This document shows, in pieces, positions 1-9,265 of a stretch of DNA of 64,000 nucleotides. The notes under the pieces are model-generated. The model made no database searches and was not told where the DNA came from. It saw only the letters and a program-made list of their open reading frames with translations. Within the stretch, counting starts at the first letter, position 1. Each line of letters begins with the position of its first letter. Source of the stretch: Candidatus Deferrimicrobiaceae bacterium (GTDB lineage: Bacteria > Desulfobacterota > Deferrimicrobia > Deferrimicrobiales > Deferrimicrobiaceae). Location of the stretch: contig CAWBVY010000004.1 of NCBI GenBank assembly GCA_963792415.1, positions 642,572 to 706,571 on the forward strand, written 5' to 3'. A program made the translations under genes and the position numbers.

Positions 1-251
1 CACCGGGAGAGCGCCTCGAGGCGGGCGAGGAGCGTGTCTTCGATCCGCCCCGCGTCGTGCGGGTGCAGCCCGACGACGGCGTAGATCCCCGTGTGCCGGT
101 GGGCGATCGATACGGCCCGCTCGCCGCTCTCCGGGTCGATGCCGACCGTGGCGATCCGCGTGACTCCCGCGTCGCCCGCCCGGCGCACCACCGCCTCCTC
201 CGCATCGGAAAGCGGCGAAAGGTCCAGGTGCGCGTGGGTGTCAAAAAACAT
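1..251 (-). CDS. tatD: TatD family deoxyribonuclease (5' part; runs off window start)
   Basis: Manual translation from ATG at 251: MFFDTHAHLD...IYAVVGLHPHDA. It has the DTHxH and GLHPH TatD motifs and lies downstream of metG. Not in the ORF track. Confidence 0.9.
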   Translation of the reverse strand, partial: MFFDTHAHLDLSPLSDAEEAVVRRAGDAGVTRIATVGIDPESGERAVSIAHRHTGIYAVVGLHPHDAGRIEDTLLARLEALSR

Positions 252-282
252 GGAATGCCGGCATGGTTGAGGCGCGGGTCCT

Positions 283-1818
283 TCAGGTTTCGATTTTGGG
301 GAAGACGATGCACGCCTTCGGGAGGGTTGCGCCCGCCGCGAGCCCTCCCCATGCGCCGTCCCGGCCGATCCGCGCGTTTTCCAGGGGGCCGCCCCCGGGA
401 ACGAGGGCTTCCCACAACTTCTGCGCCGCGGTCGGGGTGAACGGGGTCATCAGCAGCGCGGCCACCCGGGACGCCTCGAGGGCGTTGTAGAGAACCGTCC
501 CCAGCCGGGCGCGCATCGAAGGGTCCTTCGCCAGCGCCCACGGCTGCATCGACTGCACGTATTCGTTCCCCTTCGTCACGAGGTCGATGATCGCCCCGAG
601 CGCCTTGTGGAACGCCACTTCTTCCATCGCGGCGGCCACGGCCGGCACGCTCTCGCGCCCGCAGTTCGACAGGACCGCGTCCGCGGGTTCTTCGGTCCCC
701 GGCGCGGGGACGACGCCGGCGAAATATTTCCCGAGCATCCCGAGCGACCGGTTCAACAGGTTCCCCAGCTTGTCGGCGAGCTCCGAATTGGCGCGCTTGA
801 TCAGCTCCCTCTCCGAGAAGTCGCCGTCCAGCCCGAAGGAGACTTCGCGCAGCAGGAAGTAACGGAACGCGTCCGCCCCGTACTTCCGGACCATCTCGTA
901 CGGGTCGACGACGTTCCCCAGCGACTTGCTCATCTTCTGCCCCTCGACGGTCCACCATCCGTGGGCGAACACGCCGAGCGGCGGCGCGATCCCTGCGGAC
1001 ATGAGGAACGCGGGCCAGTAGACGGCGTGGAAGCGGAGGATGTCCTTTCCCACCATGTGGATGTCGGCGGGCCAGAAGGTCCCGAACTCCGCCGTGGGCG
1101 CCGGATATCCCAGCCCGGTGATGTAGTTGGTGAGGGCGTCGTACCAGACGTAGATCACGTGCCCCGGCGCGTCGGGCGCCGGGATTCCCCAGGAGAGCGA
1201 GGTGCGGGAGACGGAGAGGTCGTTCAGCCCCCCCTCGACGAAGGAGACCACCTCGTTGCGGCGGCTCTCCGGCCGGATGAAGGAGGGGTGTTTCCGGTAG
1301 TAGTCGAGGAGCGGCTGCTGGTACTTCGACAGGCGGAAGAAGTAGGAGGGCTCCTTCCGCTTCTCCACGGGGCGTCCGCACGTCGGGCAATTCCCGTCCG
1401 CGAGCTGCAGCTCCGTCCAGTACGCCTCGTCGGGGACGCAGTACCACCCCTCGTAGTCGCCCAGGTAGATGTCGCCGTTGGCGAGCGACTTGCGGAAGAG
1501 GTCCTGCACGGAGGCGTAATGCCGCGGCTCCGTGGTGCGGATGAAGCCGGTGTTGCTGATCGTAAGGGCCGGGGTAAGGCCCTGGAAGTTGGTCACGACC
1601 TGGTCGGCGAGCTCGCGGGGGGAGAGGCCTTTCGCCGCCGCGGTCTTCTGCACCTTCTCCCCGTGCTCGTCCGTTCCCGTGAGGAAGAAGACCCGCTTCC
1701 CGAGCATGCGGTGCCAGCGCGCGAGGGCGTCGCAGGCGATCGTCGTGTAGGCGTGCCCGATGTGGGGGACGTCGTTGACGTAGTAGATCGGGGTCGTGAT
1801 GTAGAACGTCTCCTTCAC
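283..1818 (-). CDS. metG: Methionine--tRNA ligase (short form, no C-terminal tRNA-binding appendix)
   Basis: FYITTPIYYVNDVPHIGHAY (HIGH), KMSKS and YVWYDAL motifs. Probable GTG start at 1818 overlaps the stop of the upstream gene. Confidence 0.96.
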   Translation of the reverse strand: MKETFYITTPIYYVNDVPHIGHAYTTIACDALARWHRMLGKRVFFLTGTDEHGEKVQKTAAAKGLSPRELADQVVTNFQGLTPALTISNTGFIRTTEPRHYASVQDLFRKSLANGDIYLGDYEGWYCVPDEAYWTELQLADGNCPTCGRPVEKRKEPSYFFRLSKYQQPLLDYYRKHPSFIRPESRRNEVVSFVEGGLNDLSVSRTSLSWGIPAPDAPGHVIYVWYDALTNYITGLGYPAPTAEFGTFWPADIHMVGKDILRFHAVYWPAFLMSAGIAPPLGVFAHGWWTVEGQKMSKSLGNVVDPYEMVRKYGADAFRYFLLREVSFGLDGDFSERELIKRANSELADKLGNLLNRSLGMLGKYFAGVVPAPGTEEPADAVLSNCGRESVPAVAAAMEEVAFHKALGAIIDLVTKGNEYVQSMQPWALAKDPSMRARLGTVLYNALEASRVAALLMTPFTPTAAQKLWEALVPGGGPLENARIGRDGAWGGLAAGATLPKACIVFPKIET

Positions 1819-2582
1819 GGAGTCCCCTCCTCGTCGTCGGTCAGCCGGGCGGTCATCTCCTCGACGACGTCGTCGTCCTGCGCGGCCGGGGCCGTCGCGG
1901 GTGGAGGCGTCTTGGGCGAGGCGCACGTCCCGCACGCCTTCGGGCGGGAGTACGAATCGTGCTCGTAGATCAGGCAGCACATCAGCCGTCCGCAGACCCC
2001 GGAAAGCTTCGCCGGGTTGAGCGACAGCTTCTGGTCCTTCGCCATCCTGACCGTGATCGGCTCGAAGTCGACAAGGAAGGTCGCGCAGCAGAGCTCCTTG
2101 CCGCACGGGCCGACGCCGCCGACGGCGCGCGCCTCGTCGCGCACTCCGATCTGGCGCATCTCGATGCGCGTGCGAAGCTCGTGGGCCAGGTCCTTGACGA
2201 GTTCCCGAAAGTCGATCCGTCCGTCCGCCGTGAAGTAGAAGACCGCCTTGCTCCGGTCGAGGAGGTACTCGGCCCGCACCAGCTTCATCGGGAGCCCCCG
2301 CTCGGCGATGCGGGCGGTGCAGAACGCTTCCGCCTCGGATTCCCGGCGGGCGTTCTCCTGGTGGGCGCGCATGTCCTCCGCCGAGGCCACCCGGAGGACC
2401 TTGCCGAAGGGGGGCTTATCGCCCCTCGGCGCGGGATCGTCGATCCGGCGGATCACCTCGCCCAGCGACGCCCCCCGTTCCGTCTGCACGACGGCGTAGT
2501 CCCCCCGCTGAAGGGCCACGCCCGTGCAGTCGAAGTGGAAGGTCTTGCAGACGCCACGAAGGCGGATACCGGCGATGTCCAT
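1815..2582 (-). CDS. PSP1/YaaT (RicT) family protein
   Basis: RIDFRELVKDLA, GPCGKELCC and SLNPAKLSGVCGRLMCC motifs; usual position between holB and metG. Confidence 0.9.
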   Translation of the reverse strand: MDIAGIRLRGVCKTFHFDCTGVALQRGDYAVVQTERGASLGEVIRRIDDPAPRGDKPPFGKVLRVASAEDMRAHQENARRESEAEAFCTARIAERGLPMKLVRAEYLLDRSKAVFYFTADGRIDFRELVKDLAHELRTRIEMRQIGVRDEARAVGGVGPCGKELCCATFLVDFEPITVRMAKDQKLSLNPAKLSGVCGRLMCCLIYEHDSYSRPKACGTCASPKTPPPATAPAAQDDDVVEEMTARLTDDEEGTP

Positions 2583-2591
2583 TCCCAGTCC

Positions 2592-3572
2592 TCATCCCTT
2601 CCCGTGCAATCCGAAGAAAAACGCCTCCAGCATCAGCCGCTTCTGCTGCTGCGGAGGCATGCGGGAGATCGACAGGAGCTCCCGGAACGCCGTGATCCAC
2701 CCGTTCTCGGGTGGGTGGACCGCCGCGGACGCGAGAGGCTCCCGCAGATCCTCGTTCATTATATCCGCTACGCCCCCGGAAGATAAGAGGGACAGATCCC
2801 GAAGCAGGGAGAGCGGGGCGGCCAGGCGTCCCGGGGTGTCCCCCTCCCCCTTCCAGCTCTCCGCGAGTTTCACTGCCGCCGCCGGGGAGAGCCTGGCGAG
2901 AAGCGCGAGCCACGTCTCCCGCTCTTCCGCGAGCCCGGGCAGGAGCGAGAGGGCGCGCCCCGGGCTTCCCCCGGCAACCCTGGCGGCCAGCAGGATCACG
3001 GGCCGGGGATGCTCCCCGTCCACGTCGGGGTGGCGGGAAAGGATCTCCGCCACGTCGCCGGCGGCGAGGGGGAAGAAGGGGACCCTCTGGCACCGGGAGA
3101 CGATGGTGGGCATCAGGACCGAGGTCCTGTGGGCGACGAGGATCAGGTGCGCGTCGGCAGGCGGCTCCTCGAGCGTTTTCAGCAGGGCGTTGGCCGCCTG
3201 CGGCGTCATCCGCTCGGCGGGGCAGAGGATCGCGACGCGGGGGCGGTCGGAGAACGCCTTGAGGGAGAGTTCCTCCCGCAGCGCGCGGATCTCGTCGATC
3301 TTGAGGAACTGCGTTTCCGGCGTGAGGAAAAGGAAGTTCGGATGGGCGCCGGACGCGAGCAGCCGGCAGTCGTGACACGATCCGCACGCCCCGTCTTCCC
3401 CGGGGACCCGGCAAAGGAGGGCGGCGGCGAACGCCCGGGCGGCCTTCTCCTTCCCCACTCCTTCCTCCCCGGAGAAGAGAAGCCCCTGGGGGACCGCCCC
3501 CGCGCCGATGTACCGGCGCAGGAGGGCGATGGCCCGCTCCTGGCCGATGACCGCGGAGAGGGGTTCTACCAT
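2592..3572 (-). CDS. holB: DNA polymerase III subunit delta'
   Basis: GLLFSGEEGVGK, Zn motif C..CGSCHDC, AANALLKTLEEP and PTIVSRC. ATG at 3572 overlaps the tmk stop. Confidence 0.92.
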   Translation of the reverse strand: MVEPLSAVIGQERAIALLRRYIGAGAVPQGLLFSGEEGVGKEKAARAFAAALLCRVPGEDGACGSCHDCRLLASGAHPNFLFLTPETQFLKIDEIRALREELSLKAFSDRPRVAILCPAERMTPQAANALLKTLEEPPADAHLILVAHRTSVLMPTIVSRCQRVPFFPLAAGDVAEILSRHPDVDGEHPRPVILLAARVAGGSPGRALSLLPGLAEERETWLALLARLSPAAAVKLAESWKGEGDTPGRLAAPLSLLRDLSLLSSGGVADIMNEDLREPLASAAVHPPENGWITAFRELLSISRMPPQQQKRLMLEAFFFGLHGKG

Positions 3573-4192
3573 CCGAACCGCTGCGCCACCGTCCGGAGAA
3601 CGCTTCGGAACACCTCTTCTTCCGGGGCGGCGGCGTCGATCCGGACGATCCGCTCGGGGTCGCGACCGGCGAGGCGGAGGTACCCATCGCGCACGGCGCG
3701 GTGGAAGTCGAGGGATTCGCGCTCCAGCCGGTCCGGCCCGTAGCCGCGCCCCTTGACGCGGGCGGACCCGTCCTCGGGCGGCAGGTCGAGCAGTAGCGTC
3801 AGGGCGGGGACGACCTCCCCCGCGGCGAACCGGTTCAGCCGCTCCACCAGGGAAGCGTCGAGCCCCCGCGCTTGCGCCTGGTACGCCGTCGTCGCGTCGC
3901 AGAAGCGGTCGCACAGGACGGCCCGGCCGGACAGGAGCGCCGGAAGGATGCGCCCCCGGACATGCTGGGCTCGCGCAGCCTCGTAGAGGAGGAGCTCGGC
4001 TTCGGGGAAGACGGTTTCCTCGCGGGGGACGAGCACGAGTGCGCGGATCTCGTCCGAAAGGGGGGTGCCGCCCGGCTCGCGGGTGACGAGGTGGGGGACG
4101 CCCTTCGCGGCGAGGTGCGCGGAGAGCCGCCGGATCTGCGTCGTCTTGCCGGATCCCTCGATCCCCTCGAAGGTGACGAAGATCCCTTTCAT
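3566..4192 (-). CDS. tmk: Thymidylate kinase
   Basis: FEGIEGSGKTTQ P-loop, TREPGGT and LCDRF. Confidence 0.96.
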   Translation of the reverse strand: MKGIFVTFEGIEGSGKTTQIRRLSAHLAAKGVPHLVTREPGGTPLSDEIRALVLVPREETVFPEAELLLYEAARAQHVRGRILPALLSGRAVLCDRFCDATTAYQAQARGLDASLVERLNRFAAGEVVPALTLLLDLPPEDGSARVKGRGYGPDRLERESLDFHRAVRDGYLRLAGRDPERIVRIDAAAPEEEVFRSVLRTVAQRFGW

Positions 4193-4223
4193 CGGCGCGT
4201 CGAGCGGTTCGTGGCGCGGGTGC

Positions 4224-6659
4224 TCAGCACTCGCTGAAGCCGCAGGAGCGGCACTTGAGGCACCCCTCCTGCCGCTCGACCTGGCTGCCGCAGTCGGGGC
4301 AGGCGCCGCGGGCGATCTCCTCCTCCCAGCCGGAGTGGGACGCCTTCTTCGCCTCGGGCCGGGCGGCCTCGGCGGCGGGTTTCGGGAAGCCGGGGAACAT
4401 CGCCTCGAAGTTTTCGAGGTACCACTCGATCGCCTTCGACACGGCGTCGGCGCAGGAGAGGATCTTCCCTCCGCCGTTGCCGCCCCAGGAGGGAAGGTGG
4501 CAGGAGATCCCCTTCAACTGCTTGACGATCATCCCGGGCTGCACGCCGGACCGCAGCGCGAGGGAGGCGAGGCGCCCGATCGCCTCCGACTGCGACGCGG
4601 CGCATCCGCCGGCCTTCCCCATCTGGTTGAACACCTCGAAGATCCCCTTTTCGTCCCGGTTGATCGTGACGTAGAGCTTTCCGCAGCTGGTCTTGATCTC
4701 CTTCGTGACGCCGATCAGGGTGTCGGGCCGCGGGCGAGGGGTGACGAACGGCTCGGGCCCGGGGACCGACGCCGGTTCCTGCGCTCCCGCCTTCGCGTTT
4801 ACGCCGCCGATGTTCAGGACCTGCTCGTCGCGGCTCTTGTCCCGGTATACGGTGACGCCCTTGCATCCGAGGCGGTAGGCGAGGACGAACACCTTCCGGA
4901 TGTCGTCGCGCGTGGCGTCGGACGGGAAGTTCACCGTCTTGGACACCGCGTTTTCGGTGTACTTCTGGAAGGCCGCCTGCATCCGCAGGTGGGCCTCCGG
5001 GGAGATGTCGTGCGCCGTGACGTAGACCCGGGCGACGTCCTCGGGGATCGACTCCAGGTGCCGGAGCGTGCCCACCTTCGAGAGCTCGGTCATCCGCTCG
5101 ACGGAGTAGAGCCCCCGGCGCCGCATCTCGGCCTCGAAGAGGGGGTGGACCTCCACGAGGTGGTCGTTGTCCATCACGTTGCGGGTGTAGGAGAGGGCGA
5201 AGATCGGCTCGATCCCGCTGGAGACGCCCGCGATGATGCTGATCGTCCCCGTGGGGGCGATCGTCGTGGTGGTGGCGTTGCGCCGGGGCGCGCCGCCCCG
5301 CTCCGGGAAGACGCTGACGTCGTAGTTCGGAAAGGCACCCCGCTCGCGGGCGAGGTTGCAGGAGGCGGCCCCCGACTCCTCCTGGACGAAGCTCATCAGC
5401 TCCTGGGCTACCGCCAGCGCCTCGTCGGAGTCGTACGGGATCCCGAGCGCGATCAGCATGTCGGCGAACCCCATGACGCCGAGGCCGATCTTCCGGTTCC
5501 CGATGGTCATGTGCCGGATCTGGGGGAGGGGGTAGTTGTTCATGTCGATCACGTCGTCGAGGAACCGGACCGCCGTGACCACCGTGGTCTTCAGCTTGTC
5601 GTAGTCGATCCGCGCGTGCCCGTCCTGCGTCGTGATCATGTTCGCCAGGTTGATGGAGCCCAGGTTGCACGATTCGTACGGCAGCAGCGGCTGTTCTCCG
5701 CACGGGTTCGTGCTTTCGATCGCGCCGATCCGCGGCGTGGGGTTGTCCCGGTTGATCCGGTCGATGAAGATCATCCCGGGTTCGCCGTTCTTCCAGGAGG
5801 AGTCGACGATCCGCTCGAAGACCTCGCGGGCCGGGAGGCGCCCGGTGACCTCCCGGGAGTGCGGGTTGACCAGGCTGTACTCCTCGCTGTTCTCGACCGC
5901 CTTCATGAACTCCTCGGTGAGTGCGACGGAGATGTTGAAGTTGTTGAGCCGGCTCGTCTGGCTCTTGCAGGTGATGAAGTCGAGGATGTCCGGGTGGTCG
6001 ACCCGCAGGATCCCCATGTTGGCGCCGCGCCGCGTCCCGCCCTGCTTGATCGTCTCGGTGGCCGCGTCGAACACGGTCATGAAGGAGATCGGGCCGGAGG
6101 AGACTCCCTTCGTCGAGCGGACGACATCGGCGTGCGGTCGCAGGCGGGAGAAGGAGAAGCCGGTCCCCCCTCCGCTCTTGTGGATGAGGGCCGTGTTCTT
6201 GACCGCCTCGAAGATCGACTCCATCGAGTCCTCCACCGGGAGGACGAAGCACGCCGACAGCTGCTGAAGCTCGCGCCCCGCGTTCATCAGCGTGGGGGAG
6301 TTGGGGAGGAAGTCCAGCCGGAGCATCGTCACGTAGAACGCCTCCGCCCACCGGAGCACCACCTCGGGGAGGGCCCCGTAGTAGAGGCCTTCCGCCAGCG
6401 CGATGTTGTACGCTACGCGGCACACCATCTCCTCGGGGGTTTCGAGCGGGTCCCCCTTCATCCCCTTTTTCAGGTAGCGGCGCTCCAGCACCGTACGGGC
6501 GTTCTCCGAGACCGGCATGGGACCGTATTTCCGCAGGAGGGCCTCGGCCCACGCCTGCGGCGGATGGTCGTGAAGCGCCTTCCCGGCGGTGCGCGCGGGG
6601 CCGTCGTTCAGGCCGGCCGATGTTGGTGAAGGGACCGTTGCTGGGACGTTCAGATCCAT
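4224..6659 (-). CDS. nrdJ: Adenosylcobalamin-dependent (class II) ribonucleotide reductase with C-terminal TSCPD-like domain and Zn ribbon
   Basis: FLPNSPTLMNAG, LSACFV, STNPCGEQPL, TIAPTGT, C-terminal CPDCG...CLKCRSCGFSEC. Start taken at ATG 6659 (uncertain; the ORF track extends to 7076 through intergenic DNA). Confidence 0.93.
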   Translation of the reverse strand: MDLNVPATVPSPTSAGLNDGPARTAGKALHDHPPQAWAEALLRKYGPMPVSENARTVLERRYLKKGMKGDPLETPEEMVCRVAYNIALAEGLYYGALPEVVLRWAEAFYVTMLRLDFLPNSPTLMNAGRELQQLSACFVLPVEDSMESIFEAVKNTALIHKSGGGTGFSFSRLRPHADVVRSTKGVSSGPISFMTVFDAATETIKQGGTRRGANMGILRVDHPDILDFITCKSQTSRLNNFNISVALTEEFMKAVENSEEYSLVNPHSREVTGRLPAREVFERIVDSSWKNGEPGMIFIDRINRDNPTPRIGAIESTNPCGEQPLLPYESCNLGSINLANMITTQDGHARIDYDKLKTTVVTAVRFLDDVIDMNNYPLPQIRHMTIGNRKIGLGVMGFADMLIALGIPYDSDEALAVAQELMSFVQEESGAASCNLARERGAFPNYDVSVFPERGGAPRRNATTTTIAPTGTISIIAGVSSGIEPIFALSYTRNVMDNDHLVEVHPLFEAEMRRRGLYSVERMTELSKVGTLRHLESIPEDVARVYVTAHDISPEAHLRMQAAFQKYTENAVSKTVNFPSDATRDDIRKVFVLAYRLGCKGVTVYRDKSRDEQVLNIGGVNAKAGAQEPASVPGPEPFVTPRPRPDTLIGVTKEIKTSCGKLYVTINRDEKGIFEVFNQMGKAGGCAASQSEAIGRLASLALRSGVQPGMIVKQLKGISCHLPSWGGNGGGKILSCADAVSKAIEWYLENFEAMFPGFPKPAAEAARPEAKKASHSGWEEEIARGACPDCGSQVERQEGCLKCRSCGFSEC

Positions 6660-6698
6660 CGATTCGCTCCGTTTCATGGTCGGTGGTATCGGGTCAGG

Positions 6699-6746
6699 GT
6701 AGCCTATCTTGTGGTTTGGTTGCGCGACCAATACAAGATATGGTGT
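6699..6746. promoter_or_regulatory. Tandem NrdR boxes
   Basis: ATACAAGATATGGTGT (6731-6746) fits the acaCwAtATaTwGtgt consensus. A weaker copy GTAGCCTATCTTGTGG lies at 6699-6714, 32 bp away, upstream of nrdJ. Confidence 0.75.
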
Positions 6747-6900
6747 CGCCCCCGGGCTGTCAAGAAAAAGCGAGGGAGAAAGAAACATTTCGCTAACTGC
6801 ACGTTCTGCGTACCGTTCTTCGGAAATAAAACGACGTGTTTCCTCTTTGCGGCTCCAGTACGCCCGCCACATGGACGCTTCTCCGCAGGGGGGCTTCCCG

Positions 6901-7070
6901 CTCGTGCCCCCCGCTTCTCCTGCAGCGGGGGTACCCCGGGGAGCGCATCTCGTCCGGGACCGGGAGTGGGGTGCGCCCGCTTGTGCGGGTGGGCAAGGAA
7001 TGCCCTCCGCCCCACTGCGAGCTTCGCGCCGCTTTGGTACCCCCGCGGGAAAATGCCAAGGGGGCACGAG
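6901..7070. repeat. Nested inverted-repeat element (MITE-like or structured RNA)
   Basis: CTCGTGCCCCC (6901-6911)/GGGGGCACGAG (7060-7070) and GCGGGGGTACC (6925-6935)/GGTACCCCCGC (7036-7046) are perfect reverse complements. Confidence 0.55.
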
Positions 7071-7140
7071 GAGCACCGCGTTACGGGATTACCGGACCGG
7101 GCGGCATTTTTTCCTTGATTCCGTAACGATCGATGCTGTA

Positions 7141-7155
7141 TGTATACAGTCTACA
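7141..7155. promoter_or_regulatory. Operator palindrome TGTATAC-N-GTATACA (1 mismatch) overlapping a putative -10 of the cytochrome operon
   Basis: TGTATACAGTCTACA, with TTGATT (-35-like) at 7115-7120. A perfect copy lies at 21346-21360. Confidence 0.65.
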
Positions 7156-7216
7156 ACATGCACGACCGACTCCCCGCGACTCTGTGACCCGCGACATCGA
7201 ACAAGGGGTGGATGCG

Positions 7217-9265
7217 ATGATGATAAAGCGCAGGCGTACGCTTCGGTCTTTCCTCACGGCGATTCCCGCCTTGACGATCCTTCTCCTTCTCCCGGGCGCT
7301 GCCTCCGCGCTGGACAACGGGCAATGTTTCGACTGCCACGGCGACCAGGGGATCCTCGGCTGGTCCCCCGCGGAGAAGGCCTCCAACGTGACGCCGGGGG
7401 GGGCGAAGGAAGCGCCGCACGTCGGGGGGAATTTCCCGGGGATGTCCCTCTACGTCGACCCCGGGCTCTACAAGCAGTCCGTGCACGCGGACGTCTCCTG
7501 CACCGACTGCCACGCGGACGTCAAGGACGTGCCGCACACCGCGCGGCTCAAGGACGTCGACTGCTCCGGCTGCCACTCCGAGGTGGCGTCCACCTACGCG
7601 AAGAGCCGGCACGTCCTCACCTTCGGCAGGAACCGGATCGACAACGCGCCCGCCTGCGTCGATTGCCACGGCGCGCACGCCGTCCCCAAGTCGTCCGTGT
7701 CCACCTCTCCCGTCTACTTCCGGAACATCGCCACGACGTGCACCCGGTGCCACGGGGACAAGACGATCACCGACAACCGGAACATCGCCATCCCGGGAGC
7801 GGCGAAGCAGTACGAGAAAAGCATCCACAACCGGGGCATCGTCGAAGCGGGGCTGAACAAGTCCGCCTCCTGCATCGATTGCCACGGCGCCCACAACATG
7901 AAGGACCGGAGAGACCCCTCCTCGTCCATCAACAAGACGAACCTGCCCGCGACGTGCGGGAGGTGCCACTTCGGGGTGTACGCCCTCTACAAGGACAGCG
8001 TGCACGGCACGGCCCTGGTGCGCGGCGTCCCCGACGCCCCCAACTGCGCCGACTGCCACGGCGAGCACGACATCCGCTCCGTCACCGACCCGAGCTCTCC
8101 CGTCTCGTTCACCGCCATTTCCCAGACGACGTGCGCCTCCTGCCACGCCGCCGAGAAGCTGGCCGCCCGCTACGGGGTGCCGGTGGACAAGGTGCGCGGG
8201 TACCAGCAGAGCTTCCACGGCCTCTCCGCGCGCCTGGGGGACAAGACCGTGGCGAACTGCGCGTCCTGCCACGGCGACCACGCGATCTACCCTTCGTCCG
8301 ATCCGCGCTCCACGATCAACCCGAAGAACCTTCCCGTCACCTGCGGCAAATGCCACCCCGGCGCCACGGCGAACTTCGCCAGCGGGAACATCCACGTGGG
8401 CCCCGGCGGCATCGGGGGCAGGATCAAGTACTGGGTGGAGCAGTTCTACATCTGGATGATCGTCGTGGTGATCGGCGGGATGATCGTCCACAACGGGTTC
8501 GACTACTTCCGGAAGATGCAGGCGCTCTACCGCAAGCGGCGGCAATGGCGGCAGCCCGCGTACGAGCGGCTCAACCGCTCCGAGCGGACGCAGCACATCC
8601 TGACCCTTTCGACCTTCTTCACGCTGGTGATCACGGGGTTCGCCCTGAAGTTCAAATGGTCGATCCCGCTGATCTCCGACGAGGTCAACGTCGTGCTGCG
8701 CGGCTGGGGTCACCGCGTCGCCGCCGTCCTCATGATCGCGACCAGCATCTACCACGTCTTCTACGCGGTCTTCACCGCCCGGGGACGCGGCCAGGTCTGG
8801 CGGATGCTCCCCCGGTGGAAGGACGCGGAGGACGTCGTGGGGACGATCCGGTACTATCTCGGCCTCGCGGACCACAAGCCGAAGTTCGACCGGTTCAGTT
8901 ACGTGGAGAAGGCGGAGTACCTCGCGCTGGTCTGGGGCACGATCGTGATGGTCGTCACCGGCTTCCTGCTCTGGTTCCAGGACGAGGCGCTGAAGCATAT
9001 CCCGATGTGGGGGCTGGACGTGGCCACGATCATCCACTACTACGAAGCGATCCTGGCCACCCTGGCAATCTTCGTCTGGCACCTTTATTACGTGTTCGTG
9101 AACCCGGATTTCGCGCCCATGTCGTTCACCTGGATCGACGGGAAGCTCTCCCGGCACGACATGGAGCATGAGCACGCCCTCGAGCTCGAGGAGATCGACG
9201 CGTACGTGCGCCGCGGGGAGACTCCGCCGCCCGACGTCACCCGGATCGCCACGGAGGAGGAATGA
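7217..9265 (+). CDS. Fused 11-heme cytochrome c / cytochrome b membrane protein (CbcL-like quinol oxidoreductase)
   Basis: Signal peptide, 11 CxxCH, then an FdnI/HydC-like cytochrome b domain (QHIL, GHRVAA, RFSYVEKAEY, IHYYEAILA, WHLY). Confidence 0.88.
   Translation: MMIKRRRTLRSFLTAIPALTILLLLPGAASALDNGQCFDCHGDQGILGWSPAEKASNVTPGGAKEAPHVGGNFPGMSLYVDPGLYKQSVHADVSCTDCHADVKDVPHTARLKDVDCSGCHSEVASTYAKSRHVLTFGRNRIDNAPACVDCHGAHAVPKSSVSTSPVYFRNIATTCTRCHGDKTITDNRNIAIPGAAKQYEKSIHNRGIVEAGLNKSASCIDCHGAHNMKDRRDPSSSINKTNLPATCGRCHFGVYALYKDSVHGTALVRGVPDAPNCADCHGEHDIRSVTDPSSPVSFTAISQTTCASCHAAEKLAARYGVPVDKVRGYQQSFHGLSARLGDKTVANCASCHGDHAIYPSSDPRSTINPKNLPVTCGKCHPGATANFASGNIHVGPGGIGGRIKYWVEQFYIWMIVVVIGGMIVHNGFDYFRKMQALYRKRRQWRQPAYERLNRSERTQHILTLSTFFTLVITGFALKFKWSIPLISDEVNVVLRGWGHRVAAVLMIATSIYHVFYAVFTARGRGQVWRMLPRWKDAEDVVGTIRYYLGLADHKPKFDRFSYVEKAEYLALVWGTIVMVVTGFLLWFQDEALKHIPMWGLDVATIIHYYEAILATLAIFVWHLYYVFVNPDFAPMSFTWIDGKLSRHDMEHEHALELEEIDAYVRRGETPPPDVTRIATEEE

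Noticed and set aside
6901-7070. 6S RNA
   Set aside because: The size and rod shape are suggestive, but the central region can partly pair and the usual gene context is absent. Kept only as an unassigned element.
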